DNA from: Auanema rhodensis
Taxonomy: Eukaryota > Animalia > Nematoda
NCBI GenBank assembly: GCA_964057225.1
Contig: OZ059895.1
Location: forward strand, 12,400,001 to 12,464,000
DNA: 64,000 nucleotides
Reading direction: 5' to 3'
Shown: piece after piece, positions 1-11,397 of the stretch
Layout of the letters: every line of letters starts with the position of its first letter
How positions within the stretch are numbered: position 1 is the stretch's first letter
Notes under the pieces: generated by a model
What the model saw: only the letters and a program-made list of their open reading frames with translations
Databases searched by the model: none
What the model was told of the DNA's origin: nothing
Program-made: the position numbers and the translations under genes

Positions 1-569
1 TATTTCCTATTAAAACAAATGCTGTTTAAACACTATACAACTGTGAAACCTTTTTTAATTTATTGTATTTGGAGCTCATAAGATTTGATATCATCGAGGG
101 ATTTAGATGTAACGTAGAAAATTACATAACTAACATGAAATTGGAAAAAAAAACAATAACGAAGATAAGTATGTAAATCATTGAATATCAGATATTTTCG
201 CTAACGACCATACCACGTTGAAAGTACGCCATGCAGCTGATTTTCAATTTTATCTCTTCCGTAACAAATGTTTTTAATTTTACAGCAGTTTTACTTAGAT
301 AGCTCAACCCAAGGCATCAAAATATCTTTAATCTTATTTCTATATTACATTTATAAACCAGTAGTTTATGAACCTTCATTTTAACTTTACTGTTTCTATC
401 TATTTCCTATTAAAACAAATGCTGTTTAAACACTATACAACTGTGAAACCTTTTTTAATTTATTGTATTTGGAGCTCATAAGATTTGATATCATCGAGGG
501 ATTTAGATGTAACGTAGAAAATTACATAACTAACATGAAATTGGAAAAAAAAACAATAACGAAGATAAG

Positions 570-578
570 TATGTAAAT
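570..578 (+). promoter_or_regulatory. TATA-like element at -30 of 5S (TATGTAAAT), representative copy
   Basis: Present upstream of each 5S gene, at -30 in standard units and -17 in deletion units. The position matches known Pol III upstream TATA-like elements; function is inferred. Confidence 0.5.
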
Positions 579-599
579 CATTGAATATCAGATATTTTC

Positions 600-718
600 G
601 CTTACGATCATACCACGTTGAAAGTACGCCATCCCGTCCGATCTGGCAAGTCAAGCAACGTTGGGCCCGGTTAGTACTTGGATCGGAGACGGCTTGGGAA
701 TCCCGGGTGCCGTAAGCT
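600..718 (+). rRNA. 5S: 5S rRNA (C9T variant)
   Basis: 119 nt GCTTACGA...CGTAAGCT, close to the C. elegans 5S sequence as recalled. Ends pair (helix I), box C GGATCGGAGAC is present, and a T-run follows. Confidence 0.96.
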
Positions 719-732
719 TTTCAAATTTTTTT
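718..732 (+). terminator. Pol III terminator (TTTT-CAAA-T7), representative copy
   Basis: T4 at the 5S 3' end plus a back-up T-run, present after essentially every full gene. Confidence 0.8.
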
Positions 733-733
733 A

Positions 734-763
734 ACGATCATACCACGTTGAAAGTACGCACAT
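734..763 (+). pseudogene. Partial duplicate of the 5S 5' end directly after the terminator (representative copy)
   Basis: ACGATCATACCACGTTGAAAGTACGC.. repeats 5S nt ~5-33 and then runs into the spacer GCAGCTGATT. Confidence 0.85.
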
Positions 764-1517
764 GCAGCTGATTCTCAATTATATCTCTTCCGTAACAAAT
801 GTTTTTAATTTTACAGCAGTTTTACTTAGATAGCTCAACCCAAGACATCAAAATATCTTTAATCTTTTTTCTATATTACATTTATAAACCAGTAAATTAT
901 GAACCTTCATCTTAACTTTACTGTTTCTATCTATTTCCTATTGAAACAAACATTGTTTAAACACTATACAACTGTGAAACCTTTTTTAATTTATTGTATT
1001 TGGAGCTCATAAGATTTGATATCATCGAGGGATTTAGATGTAACGTAGAAAATTACATAACTAACATGAAATTGGAAAAAAAAACAATAACGAGGATAAG
1101 TATGTAAATCATTGAATATCAGATATTTTTGCTCACGACCATACTACGTTGAAAGTACGCCATGCAGCCGATTTTCAATTTTATCTCTTCCGTAACAAAT
1201 GTTTTTAATTTTCCAGCAGTTTTACTTAGATAGCTCAACCCAAGGCATCAAAATATCTTCAATCTTATTTCTATATTACATTTATAAACCAGTAGTTTAT
1301 GAACTTTCATCTTAACTTTACTGTTTCTATCTATTTCCTATTGAAACAAACATTGTTTAAACACTATAAAACTGTGAAACCTTTTTTAATTTATTGTATT
1401 TGGAGCTCATAAGATTTGATATCATCGAGGGATTTAGATGTAACGTAGAAAATTACATAACTAACATGAAATTGGAAAAAAAAACAATAACGAGGATAAG
1501 TATGTAAATCATTGAAA

Positions 1518-1636
1518 GCTTACGACCATACCACGTTGAAAGTACGCCATCCCGTCCGATCTGGCAAGTCAAGCAACGTTGGGCCCGGTTAGTACTTGGA
1601 TCGGAGACGGCATCGGAATCCCGGGTGCCGTAAGCT
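1518..1636 (+). rRNA. 5S: 5S rRNA (T95A/G97C variant)
   Basis: Full 119-nt copy. Confidence 0.9.
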
Positions 1637-2846
1637 TTTCAAATTTTTTTACCGATCATGCCACGTTGAAAGAACGCCATGCAGCTGATTTTCAATTTTA
1701 TCTCTTCCGTAACAAATGTTTTTAATTTTCCAGCAGTTTTACTCAGATAGCTCAACCCAAGGCATCAAAATATCTTCAATCTTATTTCTATACTACATTT
1801 ATAAACCAGTAGTTTATGAACCTTCATCTTAAGTTTACTGTTTCTATCTATTTCCTATTGAAACAAACATTGTTTAAACACTATACAACTGTGAAACCTT
1901 TTTTAATTTATTGTATTTGGAGCTCATAAGATTTGATATCATCGAGGGATTTAGATGTAACGTAGAAAATTACATAACTAACATGAAATTGAAAAAAAAA
2001 CAATAACGAGGATAAGTATGTAAATCATTGAATATCAGATATTTTTGCTCACGACCATACTACGTTGAAAGTACGCCATGCAGCTGATTTTCAATTTTAT
2101 CTCTTCCGTAACAAATGTTTTTAATTTTCCAGCAGTTTTACTTAGATAGCTCAACCCAAGGCATCAAAATATCTTTAATCTTATTTCTATATTACATTTA
2201 TAAACCAGTAGTTTATGAACCTTCATTTTAACTTTACTGTTTCTATCTATTTCCTATTAAAACAAATGCTGTTTAAACACTATACAACTGTGAAACCTTT
2301 TTTAATTTATTGTATTTGGAGCTCATAAGATTTGATATCATCGAGGGATTTAGATGTAACGTAGAAAATTACATAACTAACATGAAATTGGAAAAAAAAA
2401 CAATAACGAAGATAAGTATGTAAATCATTGAATATCAGATATTTTCGCTAACGACCATACCACGTTGAAAGTACGCCATGCAGCTGATTTTCAATTTTAT
2501 CTCTTCCGTAACAAATGTTTTTAATTTTACAGCAGTTTTACTTAGATAGCTCAACCCAAGGCATCAAAATATCTTTAATCTTATTTCTATATTACATTTA
2601 TAAACCAGTAGTTTATGAACCTTCATTTTAACTTTACTGTTTCTATCTATTTCCTATTAAAACAAATGCTGTTTAAACACTATACAACTGTGAAACCTTT
2701 TTTAATTTATTGTATTTGGAGCTCATAAGATTTGATATCATCGAGGGATTTAGATGTAACGTAGAAAATTACATAACTAACATGAAATTGGAAAAAAAAA
2801 CAATAACGAAGATAAGTATGTAAATCATTGAATATCAGATATTTTC

Positions 2847-2965
2847 GCTTACGATCATACCACGTTGAAAGTACGCCATCCCGTCCGATCTGGCAAGTCA
2901 AGCAACGTTGGGCCCGGTTAGTACTTGGATCGGAGACGGCTTGGGAATCCCGGGTGCCGTAAGCT
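2847..2965 (+). rRNA. 5S: 5S rRNA (C9T)
   Basis: Full 119-nt copy. Confidence 0.95.
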
Positions 2966-3764
2966 TTTCAAATTTTTTTAACGATCATACCACGTTGAAA
3001 GTACGCACATGCAGCTGATTCTCAATTATATCTCTTCCGTAACAAATGTTTTTAATTTTACAGCAGTTTTACTTAGATAGCTCAACCCAAGACATCAAAA
3101 TATCTTTAATCTTTTTTCTATATTACATTTATAAACCAGTAAATTATGAACCTTCATCTTAACTTTACTGTTTGTATCTATTTCCTATTGAAACAAACAT
3201 TGTTTAAACACTATACAACTGTGAAACCTTTTTTAATTTATTGTATTTGGAGCTCATAAGATTTGATATCATCGAGGGATTTAGATGTAACGTAGAAAAT
3301 TACATAACTAACATGAAATTGGAAAAAAAAACAATAACGAGGATAAGTATGTAAATCATTGAATATCAGATATTTTTGCTCACGACCATACTACGTTGAA
3401 AGTACGCCATGCAGCCGATTTTCAATTTTATCTCTTCCGTAACAAATGTTTTTAATTTTCCAGCAGTTTTACTTAGATAGCTCAACCCAAGGCATCAAAA
3501 TATCTTCAATCTTATTTCTATATTACATTTATAAACCAGTAGTTTATGAACTTTCATCTTAACTTTACTGTTTCTATCTATTTCCTATTGAAACAAACAT
3601 TGTTTAAACACTATAAAACTGTGAAACCTTTTTTAATTTATTGTATTTGGAGCTCATAAGATTTGATATCATCGAGGGATTTAGATGTAACGTAGAAAAT
3701 TACATAACTAACATGAAATTGGAAAAAAAAACAATAACGAGGATAAGTATGTAAATCATTGAAA

Positions 3765-3883
3765 GCTTACGACCATACCACGTTGAAAGTACGCCATCCC
3801 GTCCGATCTGGCAAGTCAAGCAACGTTGGGCCCGGTTAGTACTTGGATCGGAGACGGCATCGGAATCCCGGGTGCCGTAAGCT
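3765..3883 (+). rRNA. 5S: 5S rRNA (T95A/G97C)
   Basis: Full 119-nt copy. Confidence 0.9.
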
Positions 3884-4281
3884 TTTCAAATTTTTTTACC
3901 GATCATGCCACGTTGAAAGAACGCCATGCAGCTGATTTTCAATTTTATCTCTTCCGTAACAAATGTTTTTAATTTTCCAGCAGTTTTACTCAGATAGCTC
4001 AACCCAAGGCATCAAAATATCTTCAATCTTATTTCTATACTACATTTATAAACCATTAGTTTATGAACCTTCATCTTAAGTTTACTGTTTCTATCTATTT
4101 CCTATTGAAACAAACATTGTTTAAACACTATAAAACTGTGAAACCTTTTTTAATTTATTGTATTTGGAGCTCATAAGATTTGATATTATCGAGGGATTTA
4201 GATGTAACGTAGAAAATTACATAACTAACATGAAATTGGAAAAAAAAACAATAAAGAGGATAAGTATGTAAATCATTGAAA

Positions 4282-4400
4282 GCTTACGACCATACCACGT
4301 TGAAAGTACGCCATCCCGTCCGATCTGGCAAGTCAAGCAACGTTGGGCCCGGTTAGTACTTGGATCGGAGACGGCTTGGGAATCCCGGGTGCCGTAAGCT
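4282..4400 (+). rRNA. 5S: 5S rRNA
   Basis: Full 119-nt consensus copy. Confidence 0.95.
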
Positions 4401-5211
4401 TTTCAAATTTTTTTAACGATCATACCACGTTGAAAGTACGCCATGCAGCTGATTCTCAATTTTATCTCTTCCGTAACAAATGTTTTTAATTTTACAGCAG
4501 TTTTACTTAGATAGCTCAACCCAAGACATCAAAATATCTTTAATCTTTTTTCTATATTACATTTATAAACCAGTAAATTATGAACCTTCATCTTAACTTT
4601 ACTGTTTCTATCTATTTCCTATTGAAACAAACATTGTTTAAACACTATACAACTGTGAAACCTTTTTTAATTTATTGTATTTGGAGCTCATAAGATTTGA
4701 TATCATCGAGGGATTTAGATGTAACGTAGAAAATTACATAACTAACATGAAATTGGAAAAAAAAACAATAACGAGGATAAGTATGTAAATCATTGAATAT
4801 CAGATATTTTTGCTCACGACCATACTACGTTGAAAGTACGCCATGCAGCTGATTTTCAATTTTATCTCTTCCGTAACAAATGTTTTTAATTTTCCAGCAG
4901 TTTTACTTAGATAGCTCAACCCAAGGCATCAAAATATCTTTAATCTTATTTCTATATTACATTTATAAACCAGTAGTTTATGAACCTTCATTTTAACTTT
5001 ACTGTTTCTATCTATTTCCTATTAAAACAAATGCTGTTTAAACACTATACAACTGTGAAACCTTTTTTAATTTATTGTATTTGGAGCTCATAAGATTTGA
5101 TATCATCGAGGGATTTAGATGTAACGTAGAAAATTACATAACTAACATGAAATTGGAAAAAAAAACAATAACGAAGATAAGTATGTAAATCATTGAATAT
5201 CAGATATTTTC

Positions 5212-5330
5212 GCTTACGATCATACCACGTTGAAAGTACGCCATCCCGTCCGATCTGGCAAGTCAAGCAACGTTGGGCCCGGTTAGTACTTGGATCGGAG
5301 ACGGCTTGGGAATCCCGGGTGCCGTAAGCT
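5212..5330 (+). rRNA. 5S: 5S rRNA (C9T)
   Basis: Full 119-nt copy. Confidence 0.95.
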
Positions 5331-6141
5331 TTTCAAATTTTTTTAACGATCATACCACGTTGAAAGTACGCCATGCAGCTGATTCTCAATTTTATCTCTT
5401 CCGTAACAAATGTTTTTAATTTTACAGCAGTTTTACTTAGATAGCTCAACCCAAGACATCAAAATATCTTTAATCTTTTTTCTATATTACATTTATAAAC
5501 CAGTAAATTATGAACCTTCATCTTAACTTTACTGTTTCTATCTATTTCCTATTGAAACAAACATTGTTTAAACACTATACAACTGTGAAACCTTTTTTAA
5601 TTTATTGTATTTGGAGCTCATAAGATTTGATATCATCGAGGGATTTAGATGTAACGTAGAAAATTGCATAACTAACATGAAATTAGAAAAAAAAACAATA
5701 ACGAAGATAAGTATGTAAATCATTGAATATCAGATATTTTCGCTTACGACCATACCACGTTGAAAGTACGCCATGCAGCTGATTTTCAATTTTATCTCTT
5801 CCGTAACAAATGTTTTTAATTTTCCAGCAGTTTTACTTAGATAGCTCAACCCAAGGCATCAAAATATCTTCAATCTTATTTCTATATTACATTTATAAAC
5901 CAGTAGTATATGAACCTTCATCTTAACTTTACTGTTTCTATCTATTTCCTATTAAAACAAATGCTGTTTAAACACTATACAACTGTGAAACCTTTTTTAA
6001 TTTATTGTATTTGGAGCTCATAAGATTTGATATCATCGAGGGATTTAGATGTAACGTAGAAAATTACATAACTAACATGAAATTGGAAAAAAAAACAATA
6101 ACGAAGATAAGTATGTAAATCATTGAATATCAGATATTTTC

Positions 6142-6260
6142 GCTTACGATCATACCACGTTGAAAGTACGCCATCCCGTCCGATCTGGCAAGTCAAGCAA
6201 CGTTGGGCCCGGTTAGTACTTGGATCGGAGACGGCTTGGGAATCCCGGGTGCCGTAAGCT
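6142..6260 (+). rRNA. 5S: 5S rRNA (C9T)
   Basis: Full 119-nt copy. Confidence 0.95.
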
Positions 6261-7057
6261 TTTCAAATTTTTTTAACGATCATACCACGTTGAAAGTACG
6301 CCATGCAGCTGATTCTCAATTTTATCTCTTCCGTAACAAATGTTTTTAATTTTACAGCAGTTTTACTTAGATAGCTCAACCCAAGACATCAAAATATCTT
6401 TAATCTTTTTTCTATATTACATTTATAAACCAGTAAATTATGAACCTTCATCTTAACTTTACTGTTTCTATCTATTTCCTATTGAAACAAACATTGTTTA
6501 AACACTATACAACTGTGAAACCTTTTTTAATTTATTGTATTTGGAGCTCATAAGATTTGATATCATCGAGGGATTTAGATGTAACGTAGAAAATTACATA
6601 ACTAACATGAAATTGGAAAAAAAAACAATAACGAGGATAAGTATGTAAATCATTGAATATCAGATATTTTTGCTCACGACCATACTACGTTGAAAGTACG
6701 CCATGCAGCTGATTTTCAATTTTATCTCTTCCGTAACAAATGTTTTTAATTTTCCAGCAGTTTTACTTAGATAGCTCAACCCAAGGCATCAAAATATCTT
6801 CAATCTTATTTCTATATTACATTTATAAACCAGTAGTTTATGAACTTTCATCTTAACTTTACTGTTTCTATCTATTTCCTATTGAAACAAACATTGTTTA
6901 AACACTATAAAACTGTGAAACCTTTCTTAATTTATTGTATTTGGAGCTCATAAGATTTGATATCATCGAGGGATTTAGATGTAACGTAGAAAATTACATA
7001 ACTAACATGAAATTGGAAAAAAAACAATAACGAGGATAAGTATGTAAATCATTGAAA

Positions 7058-7176
7058 GCTTACGACCATACCACGTTGAAAGTACGCCATCCCGTCCGAT
7101 CTGGCAAGTCAAGCAACGTTGGGCCCGGTTAGTACTTGGATCGGAGACGGCATCGGAATCCCGGGTGCCGTAAGCT
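7058..7176 (+). rRNA. 5S: 5S rRNA (T95A/G97C)
   Basis: Full 119-nt copy. Confidence 0.9.
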
Positions 7177-7973
7177 TTTCAAATTTTTTTAACGATCATG
7201 CCACGTTGAAAGAACGCCATGCAGCTGATTTTCAATTTTATCTCTTCCGTAACAAATGTTTTTAATTTTCCAGCAGTTTTACTCAGATAGCTCAACCCAA
7301 GGCATCAAAATATCTTCAATCTTATTTCTATACTACATTTATAAACCAGTAGTTTATGAACCTTCATCTTAAGTTTACTGTTTCTATCTATTTCCTATTG
7401 AAACAAACATTGTTTAAACACTATAAAACTGTGAAACCTTTTTTAATTTATTGTATTTGGAGCTCATAAGATTTGATATTATCGAGGGATTTAGATGTAA
7501 CGTAGAAAATTGCATAACTAACATGAAATTGGAAAAAAAAACAATAACGAGGATAAGTATGTAAATCATTGAATATCAGATATTTTCGCTTACGACCATA
7601 CTACGTTGAAAGTACGCCATGCAGCTGATTTTCAATTTTATCTCTTCCGTAACAAATGTTTTTAATTTTCCAGCAGTTTTACTTAGATAGCTCAACCCAA
7701 GGCATCAAAATATCTTCAATCTTATTTCTATATTACATTTATAAACCAGTAGTTTATGAACTTTCATCTTAACTTTACTGTTTCTATCTATTTCCTATTG
7801 AAACAAACATTGTTTAAACACTATAAAACTGTGAAACCTTTCTTAATTTATTGTATTTGGAGCTCATAAGATTTGATATCATCGAGGGATTTAGATGTAA
7901 CGTAGAAAATTACATAACTAACATGAAATTGGAAAAAAAACAATAACGAGGATAAGTATGTAAATCATTGAAA

Positions 7974-8092
7974 GCTTACGACCATACCACGTTGAAAGTA
8001 CGCCATCCCGTCCGATCTGGCAAGTCAAGCAACGTTGGGCCCGGTTAGTACTTGGATCGGAGACGGCATCGGAATCCCGGGTGCCGTAAGCT
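7974..8092 (+). rRNA. 5S: 5S rRNA (T95A/G97C)
   Basis: Full 119-nt copy. Confidence 0.9.
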
Positions 8093-8890
8093 TTTCAAAT
8101 TTTTTTAACGATCATGCCACGTTGAAAGAACGCCATGCAGCTGATTTTCAATTTTATCTCTTCCGTAACAAATGTTTTTAATTTTCCAGCAGTTTTACTC
8201 AGATAGCTCAACCCAAGGCATCAAAATATCTTCAATCTTATTTCTATACTACATTTATAAACCAGTAGTTTATGAACCTTCACCTTAAGTTTACTGTTTC
8301 TATCTATTTCCTATTGAAACAAACATTGTTTAAACACTATAAAACTGTGAAACCTTTTTTAATTTATTGTATTTGGAGCTCATAAGATTTGATATTATCG
8401 AGGGATTTAGATGTAACGTAGAAAATTGCATAACTAACATGAAATTGGAAAAAAAAACAATAACGAGGATAAGTATGTAAATCATTGAATATCAGATATT
8501 TTCGCTTACGACCATACCACGTTGAAAGTACGCCATGCAGCTGATTTTCAATTTTATCTCTTCCGTAACAAATGTTTTTAATTTTCCAGCAGTTTTACTT
8601 AGATAGCTCAACCCAAGGCATCAAAATATCTTCAATCTTATTTCTATATTACATTTATAAACCAGTAGTTTATGAACCTTCATCTTAACTTTACTGTTTC
8701 TATCTACTTCCTATTGAAACAAACGTTGTTTAAACACTATACAACTGTGAAACCTTTTTTAATTTATTGTATTTGGAGCTCATAAGATTTGATATCATCG
8801 AGGGATTTAGATGTAACGTAGAAAATTACATAACTAACATGAAATTGGAAAAAAAAACAATAACGAGGATAAGTATGTAAATCATTGAAA

Positions 8891-9009
8891 GCTTACGACC
8901 ATACCACGTTGAAAGTACGCCATCCCGTCCGATCTGGCAAGTCAAGCAACGTTGGGCCCGGTTAGTACTTGGATCGGAGACGGCATCGGAATCCCGGGTG
9001 CCGTAAGCT
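8891..9009 (+). rRNA. 5S: 5S rRNA (T95A/G97C)
   Basis: Full 119-nt copy. Confidence 0.9.
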
Positions 9010-9924
9010 TTTCAAATTTTTTTAACGATCATGCCACTTTGAAAGAACGCCATGCAGCTGATTTTCAATTTTATCTCTTCCGTAACAAATGTTTTTAATT
9101 TTCCAGCAGTTTTACTCAGATAGCTCAACCCAAGGCATCAAAATATCTTCAATCTTATTTCTATACTACATTTATAAACCAGTAGTTTATGAACCTTCAT
9201 CTTAAGTTTACTGTTTCTATCTATTTCCTATTGAAACAAACATTGTTTAAACACTATAAAACTGTGAAACCTTTTTTAATTTATTGTATTTGGAGCTCAT
9301 AAGATTTGATATTATCGAGGGATTTAGATGTAACGTAGAAAATTACATAACTAACATGAAATTGGAAAAAAAAACAATAACGAGGATAAGTATGTAAATC
9401 ATTGAATATCAGATATTTTCGCTTACGACCATACCACGTTGAAAGTACGCCATGCAGCTGATTTTCAATTTTATCTCTTCCGTAACAAATGTTTTTAATT
9501 TTCCAGCAGTTTTACTTAGATAGCTCAACCCAAGGCATCAAAATATCTTCAATCTTATTTCTATATTACATTTATAAACCAGTAGTTTATGAACCTTCAT
9601 CTTAACTTTACTGTTTCTATCTACTTCCTATTGAAACAAACGTTGTTTAAACACTATACAACTGTGAAACCTTTTTTAATTTATTGTATTTGGAGCTCAT
9701 AAGATTTGATATCATCGAGGGATTTAGATGTAACGTAGAAAATTACATAACTAACATGAAATTGGAAAAAAAAACAATAACGAGGATAAGTATGTAAATC
9801 ATTGAATATCAGATATTTTCGCTAACGACCATACCACGTTGAAAGTACGCCATGCAGCTGATTTTCAATTTTATCTCTTCCGTAACAAATGTTTTTAATT
9901 TTCCAGCAGTTTTACTTAGATAGC

Positions 9925-10264
9925 TGTTCCATAAGTGTCCTATAAAGAAGGCGGTTGACAACGTCAATCGACTTTTGGTTAATGGAATTCAATAAGAAAC
10001 TAGACCTGAACTACTTTTTGTATAAATTCAATTATATTTGTAATTAATATTTTTCTATATAAACCCCTGAGAAAGCAACTAGGTTGGCTTTCTCATAACA
10101 TGTAGTTTCATTTATTTGATTATTGTATTTTTGCTTTTATAATTGTATTTCCATATTCTGAATAAACTTCTTTTTCTCTACTCTCTGTTACTTATACAAT
10201 GGCATTCACACTATTAAAGTCCATATGGTTACCTAGCCGGAACCCTAGGAACCAATATGGAACG
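9925..10264 (+). repeat. Gypsy 5' LTR (340 bp)
   Basis: TGTTCCATA...TATGGAACG inverted termini, TATATAAA at 10056-10063 and AATAAA at 10161-10166. I count three substitutions versus the 3' LTR. Confidence 0.95.
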
Positions 10265-10283
10265 TGGAGGTTCCACCGAGATT
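10265..10283 (+). promoter_or_regulatory. Primer-binding site complementary to the tRNA-Gln 3' end
   Basis: TGGAGGTTCCACCGAGATT is the reverse complement of the animal tRNA-Gln 3' end (AATCTCGGTGGAACCT-CCA) as recalled, and lies immediately after the LTR. Confidence 0.88.
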
Positions 10284-11397
10284 CGTCTATAAGGGACGAA
10301 TCTCTATGGACCATTGCCGCTACTTTTCTCACCTTTAAATTACTTTCTCTTTCTTTGAAATCCTTTTTACTCTAAAAATTTATCTTGATTTCATGTCCAA
10401 AAATTCTAATTAAATTTTATATTTCAAACTTTCAAGTCAATTTTGTATCTAAAACAAAAACTCCAATTTAATCTAGTAATTCGAATTTATCTCTAAATAT
10501 CATTCTTCTAACATCATTTCTGATATATCTATTTGAAAAAAAAAAATGTCTTATACATATTATCTATTACAATCTATATTCCTACTTTATTCCTCTACTT
10601 TCCTGTATGTTTGAAGCATATAATGCATAAAAACTCTTTTTGGAACAAGCATATCAAAATATTTAACCACGAATAATATTAAAAACTATCAATTCATGAA
10701 ATATCTTAAAGACATTTATTCATATTGCAACACTTACCCATAAGTCATCTTGAAAACATCTTATCACAAGCTAAATTTTGAAAATATCTATTCATAAATC
10801 ATTCTGAAAACATTGATTCATAAACAAAACCACTATTTTTGATATCTAACGCATTTTTATGAGAAAGCCCCGTAAGAAACAATACCAGACATTCTCGGGA
10901 CATCGCGCGGAGGCGTACACTTTTTGATATAAGACGCGCAATCATTTGAAATTAACCCTTTTTGGTCCCATATGAGAATTAAAGAATATTTTGAAGTTGA
11001 GTGGTCCCACCTAGCAAGACCCAGGGGAACAGAAGTAACGTTAAAAGGGAACGTCTTTTGGGGGTTTGCTTAGGTAAGAGAAGTCTGGAAAAGTGGTTAT
11101 GAGAAGCCTGTGTACCTGATCTTGTCCATGACTGAAAAGGAGCAATACACAGACCACTGTCTCATATCTCATGCCTCTTCGAGAGATAAGAACTTGGTCC
11201 TTTACTAAAGGTCACACGTAGTTGCGGACTCGTGTATGAACTTGACCAGGCTATTCTCCGACTAGAGACCCGCTGCAGGCTGGCCCCCTGACAGGAACAG
11301 GAGTCGCGCATACCAACCCCATATTGTCTCTTACGTTTTGTATAATATAAGCTCAGTCTTCGTTGGTTAATAATTTCCTTCCAGGAAACCAACAAAG

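Larger units (their letters stand above)
1..9924 (+). repeat. 5S rDNA tandem array, left segment (10 full 5S genes; 400/517/530-bp monomers)
   Basis: Near-identical AT-rich monomers repeat throughout. The spacing 5212->6142 = 930 equals 530+400, and a 2247-bp higher-order repeat is visible (600->2847, 1518->3765). Confidence 0.97.

Noticed and set aside
719-1130. SL1/SL2 spliced-leader RNA gene in the 5S spacer, as linked in C. elegans and several other nematodes
   Set aside because: No GGTTTAATTACCCAAGTTTGAG on either strand. The fragments ACCCAAG and minus-strand GGTTTATA/GGTTTCAC lack a donor at about nt 22 and an Sm site. A highly divergent SL cannot be excluded without a covariance search.
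600-9924. CRISPR-like array suggested by the recurring ~30-nt repeat
   Set aside because: The repeat is the 5S 5' end, the intervening sequences are near-identical rather than unique, there are no cas genes, and the context is eukaryotic.
9925-10264. Cassandra-like 5S sequence inside the LTRs, or a 5S-derived SINE
   Set aside because: Neither LTR contains 5S sequence; the 5S lies only in the flanking array.
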